Source of the DNA: a virus
Taxonomy: Duplodnaviria > Caudoviricetes
Direction: 5' to 3' (one strand)
DNA length: 64,000 bases
Virus record (IMG/VR): IMGVR_UViG_3300032285_001531
The notes under the pieces were generated by a model. The model saw only the letters and a program-made list of their open reading frames with translations, had not been told where the DNA came from and did no database searches. Shown piece by piece: positions 15,677 to 24,960 of this stretch. Position 1 is the first letter of the stretch; every line of letters begins with the position of its first letter. The translations under genes and the position numbers were made by a program.

Positions 15677-18145
15677 ATGGATTTTAGAGACATACTTGGT
15701 CAATTACATGGCATCATTGATGAAGGTAAGATGGCTGACATCAAAGGTAAAAAGCACACTGGTAAATATGGTACATACCATGATACTGATGAAGAAGGCG
15801 AAGAAAAGAAACGTGGCGGTCAAGAAAGTGATGCTACTAAAGATTCTAAGAAATGGCAGGGTGCTGCTGATGCTGCTAAATTAATTAGTGGTGGCAAAAA
15901 AGCTAGTTTAAAAGACTGGGTTGAATCTGCTGAAGAATCAATTATGGAACGTGCTAAGAACAAGTATGCAATTGGCATGGCTGCTGCTGAAAAAATGACT
16001 GGCGATAAACCACCATTAAAGAAAAGCACAATCGTTAAAGCACATGAGATTGCTAAAGGTATTAAAGAAGAAGATGTGACAGAAGCTCGTAAGGGCGATA
16101 CTAACTTTGGTCATACTGTTACAAAAGGCTCATGGGTAGTGCATGATGGTAGCAAAGTAAAACGCTTTAAATCTCGTGACAGTGCTAAAGCATATGCTGA
16201 AAAGAATGGCGGAAAAGTAGCAAGCAGTGAATTCTATGCTGACAATATTCAAAAGCAAGGTGTAGATGAAGATATGAGTCGTGCTGCCAAAGGTAACGAA
16301 AAGTACGGTAAAGACGGCATGAAAGCACTAGCTAAAGCAGGTCGTGAAGGTGCTAGTGAAAAGAAACTAGATACTATTCGTGACAAGTATGATAATTATG
16401 ATGAAGATTTATCAGAAGAATTAAAAGGCGGACAGAAAAAGATTGACAAAAATAAAAATGGCAAATTAGATGCACAGGATTTTAAAATGTTAAGAAAAGA
16501 AAAAATTAAAGAAGGCATCAATTTTCAAGAAATGATGACTGAGAAGCAACGTAAAGTTGATGAGATGTTAGAAGAACTGCAGCAAGAAATCGCTGAGTTC
16601 AAGACAACAGGTCACATGGGTGATAAACTACGTGATGCACTAGACATTCATGCTTATAGCAAAGATGAAACACTAATCGGCGAAGAAGATGACGCAATCG
16701 GTGATGAAATTAGACACGGACAAGATGTACAACGTGATAAAGATATGGCTCGTTCAGATGCAAGACACATGCAAGATATCAGTGATTTGCATGACCAATC
16801 AACTTCTGATCTATGGCGCATGAAAGATTTAGCTAGAGATAAATCTATGTCAAGTCCATCACAAAGACCAAATGGACAAACTTTTCCATTAAAATCTGAA
16901 CTAGATGAAAATCCATTTAGCTATGCTGCTAAGCAAGCTAAAGCTCATCATGAAGATACATTCAGTTTAGGTGGAAAAACTTTTCCAGTTAAAGAATCAG
17001 ACGAGCCAAGATTAAAGACAACCAAAACTGATTCAGGAAGCGAAACAACATCAAGTACTGGTCGTCTTAAGGCAACATTTGAGCCAGGTAAAGAAACTAA
17101 AGTTGAGCCAATAAAAGAAGCTGGTGCATCAGGGTACACTGACGAAGAAATGAAGGCAATGGATCGTGCAACAGCTAAGGCGCAAGAAGCCAATCGCCGT
17201 GAAACTGAAAGACAATATAATAATGTTTGGACAGACTATGATCATCCAGCAAGTCCTGATGAAGGTCCAACTGGCAAAGCTCCTAAAGCAAAACCAGCTA
17301 CCTCAACTTCAACTAAATCAGGCATCAAAGAATCAATGATATATGATGTATGGAATCATCAACTAGAAAAGATGATTAATGAAAGTATGATTAATGAAAG
17401 TATAACAGTATCAACAACACAAAGCGATCAAGGAGATGATAGCGTGAGTGTAACTGCATCAGGTCACGATGCAGCAGATATTTTAGCGTTGTTAAGAAAC
17501 GCAGGATTAGGCGGCATGGGTCCAACTGAACATCAAGAAGAACCTGAACAACAATTTTCAAATTATGGAGTACCTATCTCAGCAGAACATCATGATGCAG
17601 GTATAGCAAATCATGGTAAACCACCAGTAGAAGTAATTTCTGCAGGTGATGAGATAGGCGAATTAATGCAAGCATTATCTAGCATTGCTAGTGAAGAAGG
17701 TTCCGATTATGCTGACGAAGTAGAAGAAGGAAATGCTTTTACTGGTGCACTACATGATACACCAAAAGGCGGTGAATTTGAGATAGACGGGAACAAATAT
17801 ACTGACAATAGTTCACTTGAAGAAGAAATGTGTCAAGAATGCGGTGTATATGAATCAGGATGTGGCTGTGATAAAAGTCATGAAATGGTTGATGAAGAAT
17901 CCGTTGAAGAAAACTTAGAAAGCGCACGTCCAGTAGAAGAAGAAATAGCAAACGGTATAGATAACCAAACTACACAAGATATTGACTTTATGACTAGAGT
18001 TATTTCTGGTGGATTGAACAAAGAAAAAGTTCAACATAAAGACGGTTATCAGTTTGCGGACAATCCTTTAGCAATGAAAGAGTCAAAAGTATACTCAGCT
18101 AATGACTTGTTACATGACTACAGAAAATTAAGTGGTCTAGAATAA
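15677..18145 (+). CDS. Acidic modular prohead core/internal protein with many (I/L/V/M)xE protease-like sites
   Basis: 822 aa, highly charged. Short modules separated by IDE|G, VTE|A, VDE|D, LSE|E, IKE|G, LDE|N, VKE|S, IKE|A, IKE|S, INE|S, VEE|G and MKE|S; ends RKLSGLE. Confidence 0.65.
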   Translation: MDFRDILGQLHGIIDEGKMADIKGKKHTGKYGTYHDTDEEGEEKKRGGQESDATKDSKKWQGAADAAKLISGGKKASLKDWVESAEESIMERAKNKYAIGMAAAEKMTGDKPPLKKSTIVKAHEIAKGIKEEDVTEARKGDTNFGHTVTKGSWVVHDGSKVKRFKSRDSAKAYAEKNGGKVASSEFYADNIQKQGVDEDMSRAAKGNEKYGKDGMKALAKAGREGASEKKLDTIRDKYDNYDEDLSEELKGGQKKIDKNKNGKLDAQDFKMLRKEKIKEGINFQEMMTEKQRKVDEMLEELQQEIAEFKTTGHMGDKLRDALDIHAYSKDETLIGEEDDAIGDEIRHGQDVQRDKDMARSDARHMQDISDLHDQSTSDLWRMKDLARDKSMSSPSQRPNGQTFPLKSELDENPFSYAAKQAKAHHEDTFSLGGKTFPVKESDEPRLKTTKTDSGSETTSSTGRLKATFEPGKETKVEPIKEAGASGYTDEEMKAMDRATAKAQEANRRETERQYNNVWTDYDHPASPDEGPTGKAPKAKPATSTSTKSGIKESMIYDVWNHQLEKMINESMINESITVSTTQSDQGDDSVSVTASGHDAADILALLRNAGLGGMGPTEHQEEPEQQFSNYGVPISAEHHDAGIANHGKPPVEVISAGDEIGELMQALSSIASEEGSDYADEVEEGNAFTGALHDTPKGGEFEIDGNKYTDNSSLEEEMCQECGVYESGCGCDKSHEMVDEESVEENLESARPVEEEIANGIDNQTTQDIDFMTRVISGGLNKEKVQHKDGYQFADNPLAMKESKVYSANDLLHDYRKLSGLE

Positions 18146-18160
18146 GACCAAAACTTAGGA

Positions 18161-18190
18161 AAATAGCTCGGTTCGCCGGGCTATTTTTTT
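18161..18190 (+). terminator. Strong intrinsic terminator (UUCG loop)
   Basis: AAATAGCTCGG-TTCG-CCGGGCTATTT followed by TTTT. Confidence 0.9.
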
Positions 18191-18213
18191 GGGTACTGTG
18201 TTCTAAAATTACT

Positions 18214-18221
18214 GATAAATA
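18214..18221 (+). promoter_or_regulatory. Late promoter
   Basis: GATAAATA between the terminator and the 2020-aa fibre gene. Confidence 0.65.
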
Positions 18222-18247
18222 GTATATAACTTATAAGGTTTGATTTT

Positions 18248-21200
18248 ATGGCTCAAGAGAATATTGATTTTGGTGCTTACCCCAACGATCCAGATGCAGA
18301 TGCAATTAGAGTAGCGTTCCAAAAAGTACAGAATAATTTTAGCGAAATATATTCAACTGCACTGACTACAGGTGTTGATCAGGTAATTGCAGGGACAGGT
18401 ATATTAGTAGACCAAAACATTGGAAATGTAACGGTCACCGCACGTATCCCACAAATTACTATACAAACAGGTGACAGTTTAAAAATTGGTGTCAGCGCAG
18501 CCACCACAAATACTGCTACAATTACATCAGGAAGCACTCCATTTGTAATTACACTAGCAAACACAATTAACACAATAAACATTGTTGCTACAGGCAATTT
18601 AGTTGGTACCTTAGCAGCAAATGCAAGTTCACAGCCAAACATAACTTCAGTAGGAACATTAGCTAATCTAAGTGTATCTGGAAATATCAATGCTCAAAAC
18701 CTAATAGGAAATGTAGTAGCAACAAATTTATCTGCTACAAATATTGGTATAGCAGGGGCCAATACACAATTATTATATAACTATCAAGGCAATATAAGAT
18801 CCGCTAGTGGATTAACTTTTGATAATGCAAATCTAACTGTTGCAAATAGAGTACAAGCTGGTAACTTAAGTGTTACTGGTAATTCTAATGTTAACATAGT
18901 ACGTGCTAATTATCTATATGGTGACGGTAGTAATTTAACTAATGTTAACATTGCAACTGCTGGTACATTAAGTGTACCTAATTTAATAGCTAGTGGTAAT
19001 CTAGTAGGTACATTAGCAGCTAATGCAAGTTCACAACCAAACATCACAACTGTTGGTGTACTATCAAGTTTAAGTGTAACAGGTACATCTAATTTAGCTA
19101 ACGTCAATGCAGGTAATATAAGTGCAACTGGTAATGCTAATGTAGGTATATTACGTGCAACTTATCTTTATGGTGATGGTAGTAATTTAACTAATTTAAG
19201 TACACCTACATCATTCAGTGCAGGTAATGTAAGCGTAAGTGGTAATATAACTGGTCGTTTATCTGCTGCTTCTGCATTACAACCAAACATCACAACTGTT
19301 GGTACATTATCTAATTTATCAGTTGCAGGCACCGTAGTAGTACCAAATGTATCTGCTACGTATATATCAGCATCAGGCAACATTTCAGCACCTGGTACTA
19401 ACACTCAAGTAGTATTCAATAATCAAGGTAACTTAGCCGGCAGTACAAATCTTGTATTTACAGGTTCAAATTTAAATGTTGCTGCAAATTTAAATGCAAC
19501 AGGAAATATAAGTGGTAATAATGCAACATTAGCAGGTAGATTAAATGCAACAGGAAACATAAGTGCTGCAGGAAATATTAGTACAGCAAGTAACTTAAAT
19601 GTATCAGGGAATGCAGCTATAACAGGTACTGCAACTATATCAGGTAATGCAGTTGTAACAGGTAAAGTAACAGCAGGCACAATATCTTCAATAGGTAACA
19701 TTGACTCAGGTGGTAACTTGAATGCTAACAGTGTTACACTATCAGGTGAAGCCAATGCTAATATAGTACGTGCTGTATATCTATACGGTGATGGTAGTAA
19801 CATCAGTAACGTTGGCACAGTTGTTCCTCGTAACGAAATTACTAGAGGTGCTGGGTATGTATCATTAGACATCAACGGTTATATTCATGGCGGTGATAGC
19901 GTTAACGGTGATCAATTTATAGTCAAAGCTGGTAATGGATTACAAGCTCTTAATAAATTCTCTATTACAGATGGAACTGCAAATTATTTCTCATCAAATA
20001 CAACTGATGCTAGTTTTGATTTAGGGCAAAATTTTGAAGGTTCAACCTTCACGGTTGAATGTCAGGACAATGTAGGAGCACAATTACAAATATCTGCTCC
20101 TGCAGGTGGAGTAGGAAATAGTCAAGCATGGTTAGGTGCTAATACAGTAATTATAGCTGGTACTGGCACTGCTAACGCTAAACTAAGCTCAATTAATTTA
20201 ACAGGTAGTACAATCTCTGTTGTTGGTAATTTAGTAATGAATAGCAGTCCAGCAAGTTCAACTAATAATACACAAGTTGCTACTACTGCGTTTGTACAAA
20301 CATTAGTGGGTACTAAAGCTAACTTAGCTAGTCCTATATTCAGTGGAACTCCAACTGCACCAACTGCAGCCAATGGAACAAATAACACACAAATCGCTAC
20401 CACACAATTCGTAGCAAATGCTATAGCAGCAGGCGCTGGTGCTGGTGGCGGAACATTTATAGCAAACGGTAATAGCAACGTAAGTACAAGTAGTAACGGC
20501 AACATTAAAATATCATTGGGTGACGGTAATAATAGCAACTCAACCTTTGCTATTAGTTTAAACGATGGTACCGGTGTAAATCAAATTAGGATTAACAGCG
20601 GTAACGGTAATGCTGGAAATATGAATTCAAATATTACAACTATTGCTACAAATTATAGTATGCAGATAGTTGGAGGTGGATATGCAAATGGTAGTTCACT
20701 ACTCATGCGTCCTGATCAATTTACTGTTACTCATTTGCAGCAAATTCGTATGTCTGCACCTACTACTAATATGTTTTCGCCGCTTACATACATTTCTGGT
20801 AATTTAGTTATTACTTCTGGATCTCCTGGAATTACCCTACAAGCAGACGCTGCCGTAGCTAATTTAACAGGTGCAAACAGTAAGATTTTCTTAAGTGGTG
20901 CTATACCAGCTAATGCATCAAACACAATGGTACCAACTACTGCATGGGTAACAGGCTATACACAAACAGCTATTGCAGGGGCAATATCAAATGCAGTAAC
21001 ATCAAACAATTTTGTATTAACAAAAATAGGTCCTGCTAGTGGTACAAATACAGGTTCTATTGTTAATAATGACACATTAGCAACCACTCTAAACTATGCT
21101 AATATGTATTTCCCTGTAGTATTAGGTACACAAGACTTTACTTTTGAAGGTTGGTTTAAGTATACATCAATTGGTGCAACTAATGGAACACTATTTGGCT

Positions 21201-24200
21201 TAGGCGGTGGCGCCGGTGAGATAATAGTTAAAATAGTAGGTACTACTCTTAATCTTGTTATATTCAGTGCTACTGCTTCTCTTGGGACAGCACCAGCGAC
21301 AAACACTTGGTTTCACGTTGCCGTGTCAAAAAATGCAGGTACTATTAGAGTATTTGCTAACGGCATAGCTGTTTATACTAGTGCTAGTTACAGTGCAACT
21401 TCTCTTGGTAGTGATATGGTATTGGGGCAACAGCTATATACCGCTGGTACATACTTTAATGGATTAATTACTAATGTACGTTTTGTTGCTGGCACAGGCG
21501 TATACTCAAGCAACTTCACACCACCTACTAGTGCATTAACTGCTATATCTGGTACTACACTATTATTGTTAACACAAAATCTAGCAACTGTTAACTTTGA
21601 TAATAGCGGAAACTATAGATTTAATAATATGTTCCAAAGTAACTTTGGATATAATACTGATTCACCTATTACAACTCAAACAAATACACTTACTGTAACA
21701 TCTCCAATAACATTACCAGCAAGTTATACAATGCGTCTACCTGGTAATTTAGGTAGCAATGGTCAAGTATTAAGCACAGATGGTACAGGTAACTTAAATT
21801 GGATTACCGCAAGTGGCGGTAGTGGTGGAACTGGTAATTTAATTACTAGCGGAGGAATCGCTACTGTAGCTACAAGTTCAGTAAGCGGTGTAGGATTTGT
21901 TAAGACTACAATTAGTAATGCTGACATTATAACTACCACTGCAGTATCTACTGTATTCAACAATGGTAACGTGGGCATAGGTGTACCGGGTAATCCTACA
22001 GCAAGATTAGACATAGCCGGAATACAAGGTTCATTAACTGAAGCTAGAATTAGATCACTTGATGATAGAATGGCTAGAGTGTCATTAGTCAATACAGTAC
22101 GCAACTGGTCAATATCTAATTATGGAAATCAATTTGCTCCTAATGGTCAATTCGCAATTGCAGATGAAACACAAGGTGCAGTAAGATTTGCAATTGATGT
22201 ATTAGGTAATGTAACTGTTACTAGTAATTTAATAGTATCTGGTATAACATCATTGGGTGCTAACAGTAATGTTAAAATTACAGGTGGTACAACTGGTCAA
22301 GTATTAAGTACAGATGGCACAGGCAATCTGAGTTGGATAACTGCAACAGGCGGTGGCGGTGCAACTACAACAATTAGTAATGCAAATAGTATTGTTAGTA
22401 CATTTGCATATGGTCAAGTATCTGTATCTACAGGTGCATTACAAACAATATTCAGTAATGCAGGAGTTGGTATTGGAACTAATTCACCTACTAGTGTTAC
22501 TGGAGCAACAAGTGTTACTATCAATGGCGGTGCAAACGGTGGTAGAGTTGATTTATTAAAGAGCGGAACTCAGTTTGGTGCAATATACAGTGCTGCAGCT
22601 AATTTATTAGATATTGAAGCAATTGGTACAAATACAGCAATTCGTCTAAACACAAACGGTGCTGAACGTATGCGTATTGATCCTAACGGTAACGTTGGTA
22701 TTGGCACTACTACTCCTTCTTATAAATTAGACATAACTGCTGGTACATTAGGAACAACTGCTGGAAGTACAGTTTCATATCAACGCTTAGTTTCATTTGA
22801 TACAAATGCCGATTATCTTGAAATAACAAATACTAGGCAAACTGCTGGATCGTCTTGGGTTGGGGCTGGATCAAGACTGCAACAAAAAGTAGATGCTACA
22901 TGGATGGCGTATATACAATTTAATGGTGGAGCAGGTACAACAAATGATGGTGGTATTTCTTTTGGAACTGGAACTACCACAGTAAATTCCACATCAATAT
23001 TGGAACGTATGCGTATTGATGCATCTGGCAATGTGGGTATCGGAACAACTACTCCGGCAGCAAAATTAGATGTCAATGGCACAGTAAATATTAGTGGTAA
23101 TACTGCTATAGCAGGCAATGCAACTATCACCGGTAATACTACTATAACAGGTAATGTAACTCACTCTAGTATATCAAAATTGGGTCCTGTAGGTAATGTT
23201 CAAATCACAGGTGGTTCATCTGGTCAAGTATTAAGTACAGATGGCACAGGTAATCTAAGTTGGGTAGCACAATCAGGTGGCGGTGGAGGATCTTCATCAT
23301 ATAATGGATTTAAGAATCGCCTCATCAACGGTGCATTTAATGTTTGGCAACGTGGTACAAGCTTTAATATTAGTACAAACGGAGGATATACTGCTGATAG
23401 ATGGTTCCTATTTAATCCTATTCCTATGACATTTAGTCAGTCAACTGATGTGCCTCAAGGATTTGTATATAGTGCTAAAGCAGGTAGAGCAGCAGGTCAA
23501 GCATCTGGTAATTATTTATATATAGGACAAAATATTGAATATGCCAGTTTTTCGGATTTAGTAGGACAACCTATTACGGTTAGCTTCTGGGCAAAGAAAG
23601 GTGCAAACTTTAGCGGTACATCATTGAATAGTGAGATTTATACTGGTACGTCACTGGATCAAGGTGGTAATGCCGGTATACAAGGGCTTTGGGTTGGTTC
23701 AGTTTCTAATTCGGTTAATATAGCAATTACAAATACATGGGCAAAGTATAGTTACACTTATACATTACCAGCAAACGCTAAATCACTTGTATTAGATTTT
23801 GGATATACATGCTCAGGTACTGCAGGTGCAGATGATAATTTCTATATTACAGGAATACAATTTGAAGCAGGTAGTACAGCAACTTCTTATGATGCTATAT
23901 CACCTTCAGAGGCGTTATCACGCTGTCAGAGATTCTATTGCAAGAATAGTAATACTGATGTTGTAGCTACTCATGGCAGTCCATATACAACTACTGGAAT
24001 GTTTAGTTCAGGAACGATAGGAGCGTATGGTGCTAATGCAGGTTACATTCAGTGGATACCTTTCCCAGTGTCAATGTTTAGAGCACCAAATTTTGGTGGC
24101 GATATTAAATTTATCAATCCTGGTAGTTTAACATCAGGTGCTATCACAGTAGGGCAGTGGATGGTGTATAACGCAGGAACTTGGGCAAGTTCAACTACTT

Positions 24201-24310
24201 TAGCAGTCCAGTCTGTTACTACAAATGGCATGGGATTAAATATAGGTGGAACATTCCCTGCAGGAACATCACTATGGTACGGGGCATGGACTGTATCTGC
24301 AGACTTATAA
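18248..24310 (+). CDS. Long baseplate-attached tail fibre/adhesin
   Basis: 2020 aa. gp9/gp10-like N-terminus (IDFG..PND..D..R.AF.K...NF.EIY), QPNIT.VGTL and GQVLSTDG.GNL.W repeats, a PTAPT...TQIATT.FV tail-fibre repeat, a LamG-like domain (FTFEGW...WFHVAV...FNGLITNVR), ERMRID..GNVGIGT repeats and a C-terminal NRLING.F.VWQRG carbohydrate-binding-like domain. Confidence 0.85.
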   Translation: MAQENIDFGAYPNDPDADAIRVAFQKVQNNFSEIYSTALTTGVDQVIAGTGILVDQNIGNVTVTARIPQITIQTGDSLKIGVSAATTNTATITSGSTPFVITLANTINTINIVATGNLVGTLAANASSQPNITSVGTLANLSVSGNINAQNLIGNVVATNLSATNIGIAGANTQLLYNYQGNIRSASGLTFDNANLTVANRVQAGNLSVTGNSNVNIVRANYLYGDGSNLTNVNIATAGTLSVPNLIASGNLVGTLAANASSQPNITTVGVLSSLSVTGTSNLANVNAGNISATGNANVGILRATYLYGDGSNLTNLSTPTSFSAGNVSVSGNITGRLSAASALQPNITTVGTLSNLSVAGTVVVPNVSATYISASGNISAPGTNTQVVFNNQGNLAGSTNLVFTGSNLNVAANLNATGNISGNNATLAGRLNATGNISAAGNISTASNLNVSGNAAITGTATISGNAVVTGKVTAGTISSIGNIDSGGNLNANSVTLSGEANANIVRAVYLYGDGSNISNVGTVVPRNEITRGAGYVSLDINGYIHGGDSVNGDQFIVKAGNGLQALNKFSITDGTANYFSSNTTDASFDLGQNFEGSTFTVECQDNVGAQLQISAPAGGVGNSQAWLGANTVIIAGTGTANAKLSSINLTGSTISVVGNLVMNSSPASSTNNTQVATTAFVQTLVGTKANLASPIFSGTPTAPTAANGTNNTQIATTQFVANAIAAGAGAGGGTFIANGNSNVSTSSNGNIKISLGDGNNSNSTFAISLNDGTGVNQIRINSGNGNAGNMNSNITTIATNYSMQIVGGGYANGSSLLMRPDQFTVTHLQQIRMSAPTTNMFSPLTYISGNLVITSGSPGITLQADAAVANLTGANSKIFLSGAIPANASNTMVPTTAWVTGYTQTAIAGAISNAVTSNNFVLTKIGPASGTNTGSIVNNDTLATTLNYANMYFPVVLGTQDFTFEGWFKYTSIGATNGTLFGLGGGAGEIIVKIVGTTLNLVIFSATASLGTAPATNTWFHVAVSKNAGTIRVFANGIAVYTSASYSATSLGSDMVLGQQLYTAGTYFNGLITNVRFVAGTGVYSSNFTPPTSALTAISGTTLLLLTQNLATVNFDNSGNYRFNNMFQSNFGYNTDSPITTQTNTLTVTSPITLPASYTMRLPGNLGSNGQVLSTDGTGNLNWITASGGSGGTGNLITSGGIATVATSSVSGVGFVKTTISNADIITTTAVSTVFNNGNVGIGVPGNPTARLDIAGIQGSLTEARIRSLDDRMARVSLVNTVRNWSISNYGNQFAPNGQFAIADETQGAVRFAIDVLGNVTVTSNLIVSGITSLGANSNVKITGGTTGQVLSTDGTGNLSWITATGGGGATTTISNANSIVSTFAYGQVSVSTGALQTIFSNAGVGIGTNSPTSVTGATSVTINGGANGGRVDLLKSGTQFGAIYSAAANLLDIEAIGTNTAIRLNTNGAERMRIDPNGNVGIGTTTPSYKLDITAGTLGTTAGSTVSYQRLVSFDTNADYLEITNTRQTAGSSWVGAGSRLQQKVDATWMAYIQFNGGAGTTNDGGISFGTGTTTVNSTSILERMRIDASGNVGIGTTTPAAKLDVNGTVNISGNTAIAGNATITGNTTITGNVTHSSISKLGPVGNVQITGGSSGQVLSTDGTGNLSWVAQSGGGGGSSSYNGFKNRLINGAFNVWQRGTSFNISTNGGYTADRWFLFNPIPMTFSQSTDVPQGFVYSAKAGRAAGQASGNYLYIGQNIEYASFSDLVGQPITVSFWAKKGANFSGTSLNSEIYTGTSLDQGGNAGIQGLWVGSVSNSVNIAITNTWAKYSYTYTLPANAKSLVLDFGYTCSGTAGADDNFYITGIQFEAGSTATSYDAISPSEALSRCQRFYCKNSNTDVVATHGSPYTTTGMFSSGTIGAYGANAGYIQWIPFPVSMFRAPNFGGDIKFINPGSLTSGAITVGQWMVYNAGTWASSTTLAVQSVTTNGMGLNIGGTFPAGTSLWYGAWTVSADL

Positions 24311-24329
24311 AAATTTTAAAAGGAAAGAA

Positions 24330-24947
24330 ATGATTACATTAGAATTATTGCAAAAATTATGTCCAAAGACAAAACCAGCAGTACTTAAAAAGTATGCTGA
24401 ATCACTACATGAAACAGCACAATATTATGACATGTATGTCAATCCAAAACGTGCTGCAGCATTTGTGGCTCAAGTAGCACATGAATCAGGTGGATTTAAC
24501 TTTGTGAAAGAGAATTTAAACTACAGCGCAAAAGGTTTAAGAACAACATTTAAGAAGTATTTTGCTGATGATTCAACTGCACAAAAATATGAACGTAAAC
24601 CAGAAATGATTGCTAATCGTGTTTATGCTAATCGTATGGGCAATGGTGATGAAGCAAGCGGAGACGGATACAAATATTGTGGTCGTGGTTTAATTCAATT
24701 GACTGGTAAACAAAACTATACTAAGTTTGCAGCAGACTTAGGTATCAGTGTAGATGAAACAGTTGCATATTTAGAAACACCAGAAGGTGCTGTTAGTTCA
24801 GCAGGTTGGTTCTGGGACAACAATAATTTAAATTCATATTGCGACAAAGATGATTTTGTAGGTTTAACTAAACGTATCAATGGTGGTACTATTGGATTAG
24901 AAGATCGTCAGCATCACTATGAATTAGCACTTACATTACTTAAGTAA
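24330..24947 (+). CDS. Glycoside hydrolase family 19 endolysin
   Basis: Start moved to ATG 24330 (SD AAAGGA). RAAAFVAQVAHESGGF...ENLNYS...IANRVYANRMGNG....GDGYKY.GRGLIQLTGK.NY...SAGWFW...TKRINGG..GL.DR. Confidence 0.93.
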   Translation: MITLELLQKLCPKTKPAVLKKYAESLHETAQYYDMYVNPKRAAAFVAQVAHESGGFNFVKENLNYSAKGLRTTFKKYFADDSTAQKYERKPEMIANRVYANRMGNGDEASGDGYKYCGRGLIQLTGKQNYTKFAADLGISVDETVAYLETPEGAVSSAGWFWDNNNLNSYCDKDDFVGLTKRINGGTIGLEDRQHHYELALTLLK

Positions 24948-24960
24948 TTAGGAAACATTA

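Noticed and set aside
24246-24329. ORF-track starts at 24246, 35309, 43635, 60437 and 32671
   Set aside because: The upstream extensions overlap neighbouring genes or regulatory elements. Downstream starts (24330, 35348, 43650, 60488, 32641) fit the SD, promoter or gene-packing pattern better.
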